64,000 nt of DNA from Candidatus Rariloculaceae bacterium. GTDB lineage: Bacteria > Pseudomonadota > Gammaproteobacteria > Steroidobacterales > Rariloculaceae. The translations under genes and the position numbers were made by a program. The notes beneath the pieces were generated by a model. It was not told the origin of the DNA, made no database searches, and was given only the letters and a program-made list of their open reading frames with translations. Positions 57,624 through 64,000 of this stretch are shown here, piece by piece. Numbering within the stretch: the first letter of the stretch is position 1; each line of letters starts with the position of its first letter. Location of the stretch: contig OZ253541.1 of the NCBI GenBank assembly GCA_965262365.1, forward strand, positions 1,092,614-1,156,613, given 5' to 3'.

Positions 57624-58552
57624 CTCCCTCGGCGTAGCGGCCGCCTGGGCAGGGACCGCGCTGCCCAGACTTGGCCCGAGAAAGCTGGCGTTGACCGGGA
57701 GCATATTGTTCTGCAGTGGGTACGTGATCGCCAGTCTGGCACTGTCGATGGATCACATGTTGCTCTTCTACCTGGGTTACGGGGTCATCGGCGGCGCGGG
57801 GATCGGTCTGGGGTATGTCACGCCCGTGGCGACGGTGGCCAAATGGTTCCCGGACCGCAAGGGGCTCGCCACGGGAACGGTGGTGATGGGTTTCGGAATT
57901 GGGGCGCTGTTGCTGAGCAAGTTGCTCGCGCCCGTCCTGGTGGTCTACAGCGGCCGCCGCAGCGTCCAGGGCATTCGAGGCAGACGATGCCGGTGTGAAG
58001 GTGCGGGAATACCTCATGTCGCAGCAGTTTTCCTGCATGTGGGTGGTCTTTTTCTGCAACATCGCGGCGGGCATTTCGGTCATCAGCTTTCAGTCGGCAC
58101 TACTGCAGGATGTCTGGGGACTGGCGGTACCGACATTGGAACCCGAGACACTGGCGGCCTATGGCGCCACCCTGATCGCCGCCAGCTCGGTCTGTAACGG
58201 CGTGGGACGCCTGTTCTGGGGGCTGCTGTCGGACCGAATTGGCCGGGTGCGGGTGTTGCGCATCCTGCTGGGCAGCCAACTGATCGTCTTCGGCAGCAGA
58301 CGGATGTCGACGATATACGGGGCGATTCTCACCGCGTGGGCCGCGGCCGGGATCATCGGACCGCTTTACGTCGGCTATCTCAAGGACCAGTATCCCGACC
58401 GGGCGGTCACTTACTGCTTCCTGATCGGGGTTCTTATGCTCGGCGTAGGCTATGTATCCACCTACCTGTTGAACGATGACCGCATACTGCTGCGGCGTCC
58501 GACTGTGGAGGGTACGCTCAGGTATTTCAACATCCCCGTCCCGCGGACTTGA
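57589..58552 (+). pseudogene. oxalate/formate-antiporter-like MFS transporter remnants (N-terminal truncation, frameshift near 57940, internal deletion)
   Basis: Frame 1 reads LAIFSLGVAAAWAGTALPRLGPRKLALTGSILF...GYVTPVATVAKWFPDRKGLATG...LLAPVLVVY. It then switches to another frame: AFEADDAGVKVREYLMSQQFSCMWVVFFCNIAAGISVISFQ...GRLFWGLLSDRIGR. Several TM segments are missing before YGAILTAWAAAGIIGP. Confidence 0.6.
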
Positions 58553-58756
58553 AGCAGCCAACGCTTCATTCCGATTCCGCAGGCCTGAAGAAACCTGGTC
58601 TTCCTTGACCTGACCACTCGATGCCTATATGTTGCGCGCCATGGAATTGATCGGTAAGGGCATGACGACCGGCATGATGGCGAGCGGCAAACGCGCCGTC
58701 AGCGGGTTGGCTGTACCGATGGTCTAGTAACACACAGACGATTGTCACCAGGTAAA

Positions 58757-58787
58757 CCCGCTGAGGACTGTCCCGGCGGGTTTTTTT
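58757..58787 (+). terminator. rho-independent terminator-like hairpin immediately upstream of the aspartokinase fusion gene
   Basis: CCCGCTG-AGGACTGTCC-CGGCGGG (7-bp stem including one G-U) followed by T7. It ends 13 nt before ATG 58801. Confidence 0.6.
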
Positions 58788-58800
58788 GTGGAGCGACTCC

Positions 58801-61428
58801 ATGAACGACTACACCAGCAGGCGGACGGATTTCGAATCCGTGGAATCCCCCTTTCCCGACTCGCCGTTCGTGGTGATGAAGTTCGGGGGGCGTAGCGTCT
58901 CCACGGCAGAAAACTGGAGCCGAATCGCCGAGTTGCTCCGGTCGAGGCTCGATTCCGGTTTGAGGCCTGTGGTCGTGCATTCGGCGTTGGCCGGCGTCTC
59001 CGACGCGTTGGAAGCGCTGATCGAAGCTGCGGTCGACAGCGATCCGACGCCGATTCTCGACGATATACGTGCGACCCACGATCAGCTCGCGGTCAAGCTC
59101 GGAGTGGACTCTTCGATCCTGGACGATCATTTCCGCACGCTGGCTCAGCTAATCGACGGCGTACGCCTTCTGCGGGAGGTAAGCCCGGGGGTACATGCCC
59201 GGGTCATGGCAACGGGCGAGTTGGCCGCGACGACACTCGGTGCGCACTACCTGCAGGCCGGGACTTTGCCGGCGCACTGGTGGGATGCCCGAGAGCTGCT
59301 CGAGACAACCGAGCCTCGAAATCTTTCCGAACGGGCGCAATTCCTGTCAGCGTCTTGTGCTCACGACACCGATAAGAAACTGCAGCAAGTGCTTGAAGAT
59401 GTAGACGGATTCATCGTCACACAGGGGTTCATCGGGCGCAATTCGCGAGGGGATACGGTGCTGTTCGGGCGCGGCGGTTCGGACACTTCAGGCGCCTATC
59501 TCGCAGCAAGGTTGCAGGCCCGTCGGCTCGAAATCTGGAGCGACGTGCCGGGTTTCTTCAGCGCGGACCCCAAGGCGGTCCCATCGGCGCGGCTGCTTCG
59601 GGAACTCACCTACAGCGAAGCTCAGGAAATCGCCTCGGCGGGCGGTGGTCTGCTTCATCCCAGGACCATTTCTCCCGTGCGCCGATGCGGCATTCCGCTG
59701 TTTCTCAAGATAACCAGCCACCCCCAATGGGAAGGTACTGTCGTATCGAACTCGCCGGGCGATGACACGCCTCAAATCAAGGCGATATCCAGACGTCAGG
59801 GAATCACACTCATCTCGATGGAGTCCATGGAGATGTGGCACCAGGTTGGGTTCCTTGCGCATGCCTTTGATTGTTTTCGAAAACACCGTCTTTCGGTGGA
59901 CCTGATTTCCACGTCCGAAAGCAACGTCACGGTTTCCATAGACCCCGTTGCCAACTTTGCCGACCCTGCGGCGGTGGATGCCCTGGTCAAGGACCTTGGC
60001 GGCTTCTGCAGGGTCAGCGTGATTCGCGACTGTGCGGCGATCACGTTGGTGGGAAGACGCATCCGGACCATCCTGCATGAGCTCAGCCCGGTCATGGAGG
60101 CATTTGAAGAGCAAAAGGTGCACCTGCTGACACAGGCGGCCAACGACCTGAACCTCACGTTCGTCGTGGATGGCAATCATGCCTTTCGGCTGCTGAAGCG
60201 CCTTCATTCCCTGCTGGTATCCAGGTTTCGGGAGGGCCGCGTATTTGGCCCGACGTGGGAGCAGCTCCAGGCGCTGGAACCGGTGGCCGACAGAACAAGG
60301 ACTCCGTGGTGGGAACTGCAACGGGAGCGGCTCATCTCGACAGCCCGGGAGCGAGGGTCCGCCTACGTATACCACCTGGACAGCGTTGCGGAGGCAATGT
60401 CCGCACTCACGTCGTTGAACTCGGTGGACGCGGTGTTCTACTCGGTGAAGGCCAATTCCCATCCGGAAATCCTGCGCGCCGTCGACGGACACGGTGGAAA
60501 CTTCGAGTGTGTCTCGCCCGGTGAAATCCGCCGCGTGAACGATACGCTGCCCGGAATCGATCCCCGACGGATCCTGTTTACGCCCAACTTCGCGCCCAGG
60601 GACGAATACGCATGGGCTCTCGAACAAGGTGTGTGGGTCACCCTGGACAATCTTCACCCGATCCGGCATTGGCCGGAGGTGTTTCGCGGACGGGACGTCT
60701 TTGTTCGCGTCGACCCCGGGGTAGGGCGGGGACACCATGAACACGTTCGCACGGCGGGGGCACATTCGAAATTCGGAGTCCCGCTATTCGAAATGCAGGA
60801 GTTTGCAACGCTGATCGAATCTGCCGGCGCTCGCGTCGTGGGCCTCCACGCCCATACCGGCAGCGGAATTTTCAATCCCTACAACTGGGAACAGGCCGGA
60901 GCCTGCCTGGCAGGCCTTCTGGAACTCTTCCCACTGGTCCGCTACGCTGACCTGGGCGGTGGCCTGGGAATTCCCGAAAAGCCCGGAGAATCGCCGTTGG
61001 ACATGGCTGAACTTGACGCTGCCATCGGCCGTGTCAAGGAATTGGCGCCGCAACTGGAACTGTGGCTGGAACCCGGGCGATTCATCGTCGCCGGGGCGGG
61101 GGCGCTGGTCACTTGCGTTACCCAGACCAAGGGAAAGGGCGATATTCGCTACGTGGGTGTGGGCACAGGAATGAACACCTTGCTGCGCCCCGCACTGTAC
61201 GGCGCCTATCACGAAATCGTGAACCTGTCGCGACTGCATGATCCGGCAGGTGAAATCGTCAACATCGTTGGGCCCGTTTGCGAAACCGGCGACCGGCTGG
61301 GGTCCGACCGGCTCCTGCCGCAGACTCGGGAGGGGGACGTACTGCTGATCGCCAACGCCGGGGCGTACGGATACGTAATGAGCTCCCGCTACAATTTGAG
61401 GGAACCCGCTGTCGAAGTATTGATTTGA
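58801..61428 (+). CDS. bifunctional aspartate kinase / diaminopimelate decarboxylase (LysC-LysA fusion)
   Basis: The N-half VVMKFGGRSVSTAEN...VVHSALAGVSD...GRGGSDTSGAYLAA plus ACT-like region is an aspartokinase. The C-half YVYHLDSV...FYSVKANSHPEIL...ECVSPGE...HAHTGSG...GGGLGIP...GPVCETGD is a PLP-dependent DAP decarboxylase. Confidence 0.9.
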   Translation: MNDYTSRRTDFESVESPFPDSPFVVMKFGGRSVSTAENWSRIAELLRSRLDSGLRPVVVHSALAGVSDALEALIEAAVDSDPTPILDDIRATHDQLAVKLGVDSSILDDHFRTLAQLIDGVRLLREVSPGVHARVMATGELAATTLGAHYLQAGTLPAHWWDARELLETTEPRNLSERAQFLSASCAHDTDKKLQQVLEDVDGFIVTQGFIGRNSRGDTVLFGRGGSDTSGAYLAARLQARRLEIWSDVPGFFSADPKAVPSARLLRELTYSEAQEIASAGGGLLHPRTISPVRRCGIPLFLKITSHPQWEGTVVSNSPGDDTPQIKAISRRQGITLISMESMEMWHQVGFLAHAFDCFRKHRLSVDLISTSESNVTVSIDPVANFADPAAVDALVKDLGGFCRVSVIRDCAAITLVGRRIRTILHELSPVMEAFEEQKVHLLTQAANDLNLTFVVDGNHAFRLLKRLHSLLVSRFREGRVFGPTWEQLQALEPVADRTRTPWWELQRERLISTARERGSAYVYHLDSVAEAMSALTSLNSVDAVFYSVKANSHPEILRAVDGHGGNFECVSPGEIRRVNDTLPGIDPRRILFTPNFAPRDEYAWALEQGVWVTLDNLHPIRHWPEVFRGRDVFVRVDPGVGRGHHEHVRTAGAHSKFGVPLFEMQEFATLIESAGARVVGLHAHTGSGIFNPYNWEQAGACLAGLLELFPLVRYADLGGGLGIPEKPGESPLDMAELDAAIGRVKELAPQLELWLEPGRFIVAGAGALVTCVTQTKGKGDIRYVGVGTGMNTLLRPALYGAYHEIVNLSRLHDPAGEIVNIVGPVCETGDRLGSDRLLPQTREGDVLLIANAGAYGYVMSSRYNLREPAVEVLI

Positions 61429-61544
61429 GGGAATCCCTGAGGAAGCCGGCGTATTGACTGGAACGCCTCGGTTACCTACCTTGACCAGGGCGGCCTGTTA
61501 CACGCTCCTGGACAGGCAAGCTGCGTTCAGGGAGGCGCCGGGGA

Positions 61545-61979
61545 TCACCCTGCCGCCAGGGACAGGGAAAACTGACCCATCAGGCCGCACAAGACGATGA
61601 CGCTGAGGGCGAAAATGGCGCCGCGGTGCAAGACCCGGTTGTAGGTCACGTGAACGACGCTGTGCACGATACGCAGTGTAAAATAGGTCCATGCGAGCCA
61701 CACGGTCAGAACGGTCACTATTTCGGTGACGTACAACATGGCGCAGCAGAAGTAAAACAACACCGGCGATTCAAACAGGTTGACGTAGTTTCGATTCGTC
61801 GCCGATACGAGAGCAGGTATGTTGTGCGGCTCGCCTACGCTGTACTGCTCGATTCGTTCGGTTATCCTTGTGCCGGTGTTCAGCGAGGGTTCCAATCTCC
61901 GGTACGAAACGAGCGCAAGGATGGCGATGCTCCACCATGCCAGCGCGATGGCGGGAAAGAGTATGGCAGTTGTGTTCAA
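61545..61979 (-). CDS. MAPEG-like small membrane protein
   Basis: From TTG 61979 the product is 144 aa with four hydrophobic helices, NRNYVNLFESPVLFYF and RIVHSVVH. The longer ATG 62120 start would add an AT-richer basic tail that looks non-coding. Confidence 0.5.
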   Translation of the reverse strand: MNTTAILFPAIALAWWSIAILALVSYRRLEPSLNTGTRITERIEQYSVGEPHNIPALVSATNRNYVNLFESPVLFYFCCAMLYVTEIVTVLTVWLAWTYFTLRIVHSVVHVTYNRVLHRGAIFALSVIVLCGLMGQFSLSLAAG

Positions 61980-62112
61980 CTTGTGGTTCCTTGTGGATTG
62001 TGATCGCGAATTCCGGTTCCTGGCGAAGCGAAGACAGGATTGAACTTGTCTCTTCCGTTGATTCGTCCCGCTTGATTTTATTGTCTTTTTCGGAGAGTTC
62101 CAGCCAGGGGGT

Positions 62113-62835
62113 ATGTTCAAGGTGAGCAGGAAATTGATTCGGATTATCGCACCGCAGTATTGCCTGATCTTGTGGGCGTTGCTTGCGGCACCCCTTTACG
62201 GACAGGAATTGCCTGATCCGGAACGTTTCGAGGACGCCGTCCGTCGTTTTGAAGCGATGGACAGGGAAATTCCACCGCCGGACGGTGCGATCGTGTTGAC
62301 CGGGAGTTCCAGTATCGCGCGCTGGAACGATCGGGCCGCGGCGGCGCTTGCTCCGCTCACCGTGATCCCGCGAGGCTTCGGCGGCAGCGTGATGAACGAT
62401 GTGCTGCACTACCTTGATCGGGTCGCGATTGCCTACCGGCCGCGTGCGATCCTGATATACGAGGGTGACAACGACACCGGTAGCGGCAATCCGATCCCTA
62501 CGGAAACGATTCTGGATCAGTTGCGGCAGATCATCGGTCGCGTCCATGCGGACCTGCCGGAAACCCGGATTTACGTTCTATCCGTCAAGCCAAGCATCTT
62601 GCGCTGGAATGTCTGGCCGGTGGCGCAAGAGGTCAACGCGGGTTACCGCGCAATTGCCGACGATGACCCGCTCGTTTACTACGTCGACGTGGCAACTCCG
62701 CTGTTGAATGCCGATGGGACCCTCAGGCCGGAGCTCTATGTGGATGACGGACTTCACCTGAACGATCCGGGCAATTCGGTCTGGGGCGCATCCATAAAGG
62801 ACGCCTTGATGCCGGTGGAAGCCGGATTCGAATGA
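62113..62835 (+). CDS. exported SGNH/GDSL-family hydrolase
   Basis: Signal peptide, then block I VLTGSSSI, block II GFGGS, block III YEGDND and block V DDGLHLN. Confidence 0.8.
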   Translation: MFKVSRKLIRIIAPQYCLILWALLAAPLYGQELPDPERFEDAVRRFEAMDREIPPPDGAIVLTGSSSIARWNDRAAAALAPLTVIPRGFGGSVMNDVLHYLDRVAIAYRPRAILIYEGDNDTGSGNPIPTETILDQLRQIIGRVHADLPETRIYVLSVKPSILRWNVWPVAQEVNAGYRAIADDDPLVYYVDVATPLLNADGTLRPELYVDDGLHLNDPGNSVWGASIKDALMPVEAGFE

Positions 62836-62899
62836 GGCGATTCGCGTATCCGGCCCTGGTCGGAACTCAGGAAACCGCACCTTGGACTGCAGCAGGTAC

Positions 62900-62947
62900 T
62901 AACAGCTCCGGTCGCTAACAGCTCCGATCGCTAACGGCTCCGGTCAC
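62900..62947. repeat. three tandem 16-bp units in the convergent intergenic region, overlapping the hisE stop
   Basis: TAACAGCTCCGGTCGC / TAACAGCTCCGATCGC / TAACGGCTCCGGTCAC. Confidence 0.9.
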
Positions 62948-63240
62948 GACACCGGCCGGTGACGCCCCTCCAGTTCCGAAACCACGGATTCCAGAGACAA
63001 TCCGCGCATTCTGAGCAACACTAGCAGGTGGTAGAGCAGGTCGGCCGACTCCTCGGTCAGCCGCGCCGGAGACTCGGCCACGGCCGCCAGGGCGACCTCG
63101 GCCGCTTCTTCAGCAAGTTTCTTGGCAGCCCGTAGCTCGCCGCCCTCCGCCAGGCGCGCGGTATAGCTTTCCGGCCGGGGGTCGTCCAGCCGGTCCTGAA
63201 TTATTCCTTCGAGCGTGTTCAGGAAATCGTTTCCAGCCAC
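62944..63240 (-). CDS. hisE: phosphoribosyl-ATP pyrophosphatase
   Basis: LEGIIQDRLDDPRPESYTARLAEGGELRAAKKLAEEAAEVALAA...EESADLLYHLLVLL. Confidence 0.9.
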   Translation of the reverse strand: MAGNDFLNTLEGIIQDRLDDPRPESYTARLAEGGELRAAKKLAEEAAEVALAAVAESPARLTEESADLLYHLLVLLRMRGLSLESVVSELEGRHRPVS

Positions 63241-63243
63241 GGG

Positions 63244-64000
63244 TCACTCCTCCTCCGGCGGCCGCATGGGAATCGCGGCGTCGATCAGGTACTTCTTCAG
63301 CGCGGGTATGGGAATCGCGGCCGTATGGAAGACGCTGGCGGCCAGTGCTCCATCGACATCCGCACGTTCGAAAACTTCCTTGAAGTGTTCCATGGCGCCC
63401 GCGCCGCCCGAGGCGATCAGGGGGACCTGGCACACTGCGCGCACCCGCGCCAACTGCTCGATGTCGTAGCCTTCGCGAACGCCGTCCCGATTCATGCAAT
63501 TCAGGACGATTTCGCCGGCGCCGCGGGCCTGCGCCTCGGTGATCCAGTCCAGCGTACGGCGACCGCTGGTCCGGCTGCGATTCGGGTCGCCGGTGTACTG
63601 GTAGACCAGATAATCGAGTTCCTCCGGATGCCGATCGTTCGTCTTTCCGTCGGACGGTCCCCGCGCCAGGCTGTCGACGCCGACCACCACGCATTGGGAG
63701 CCAAACCGTCGAGCGAGGATCTCGATCAGGTCGGGATTTTCCAACGCCGGTGAATTGATGGATATCTTGTCCGCACCCAGGTTGAGGACAGTCTCCGCGT
63801 CGGTCAGGGTTCGAATTCCCCCGGCGACGCAGAAGGGGATGTCGAGTACCTCCGCGACCCTGTTGACCCAGTTGCGGTCAACCGTCCGGCCATCGGGGCT
63901 GGCGGTGATGTCATAGAACACAAGCTCGTCCGCCCCTTCGTCACGGTACCGGCGGGCCAGCTCGATGATATCGCCCATCACCCGATGGTTACGAAACTGC
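63244..64000 (-). CDS. hisF: imidazole glycerol phosphate synthase cyclase subunit, 5' end beyond the window
   Basis: ...[34 protein letters not shown]...[10 protein letters not shown]...[12 protein letters not shown]...PLIASGGAG...ALAASVFH. The frame stays open to position 64000. Confidence 0.95.
   Translation of the reverse strand, partial: QFRNHRVMGDIIELARRYRDEGADELVFYDITASPDGRTVDRNWVNRVAEVLDIPFCVAGGIRTLTDAETVLNLGADKISINSPALENPDLIEILARRFGSQCVVVGVDSLARGPSDGKTNDRHPEELDYLVYQYTGDPNRSRTSGRRTLDWITEAQARGAGEIVLNCMNRDGVREGYDIEQLARVRAVCQVPLIASGGAGAMEHFKEVFERADVDGALAASVFHTAAIPIPALKKYLIDAAIPMRPPEEE

Noticed and set aside
58553-58800. Lysine riboswitch (L-box) upstream of the aspartokinase gene
   Set aside because: Only a short TTGTCACCAG stretch resembles the E. 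coli lysC leader as I recall it. The conserved AGAGGCGC and GCCGAAG-type cores are absent.

Overview
GC-rich Gram-negative window. It looks gammaproteobacterial from the gene order uvrB / tRNA-Val / infC-rpmI-rplT-pheS-pheT-ihfA-merR / tRNA-Pro / ilvD and hisF-hisE. All family calls come from reading motifs by eye; no searches were run. About 1-46.5 kb is accessory. It holds three paralogous TonB-dependent receptors (one with a single in-frame TGA), two sulfatase-family lipoproteins with non-canonical active-site motifs, and two MBL-fold proteins. It also holds a YciI-like/UbiD/lone molybdopterin-hydroxylase block, a Tat-signal amidohydrolase-2 with an aromatic-acid-type MFS, a low-GC islet with an orphan MT-A70 methylase, a MazEF-like pair and a YIP1 + MacAB-like exporter. 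A 3.5-kb DDE/AAA+ transposon has ends, target duplication and a disrupted target gene (coxG-like) that can all be read from the sequence. A ~2.5-kb decayed islet is bounded by a 16-bp duplication of the tRNA-Asn 3' end. The main candidate for an undescribed system is a two-module exported protein family present eight times. The N-module has a signal peptide cleaved before His-His plus a WxNPH motif. The C-module is bracketed by a Cys pair and carries a G-x-S-x-G-x-W-[ED]-G-x-x-L-V-V-x-T core. Three genes have the modules fused, and two adjacent overlapping gene pairs have them split. The genes sit next to TonB receptors, MBL-fold proteins and sulfatases. From 46.8 kb on the window is mostly housekeeping. 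The exception is a mosaic of gene fragments at 56.3-58.6 kb. Lesions are frequent overall: nonsense codons, a frameshift, truncations and a chimera.
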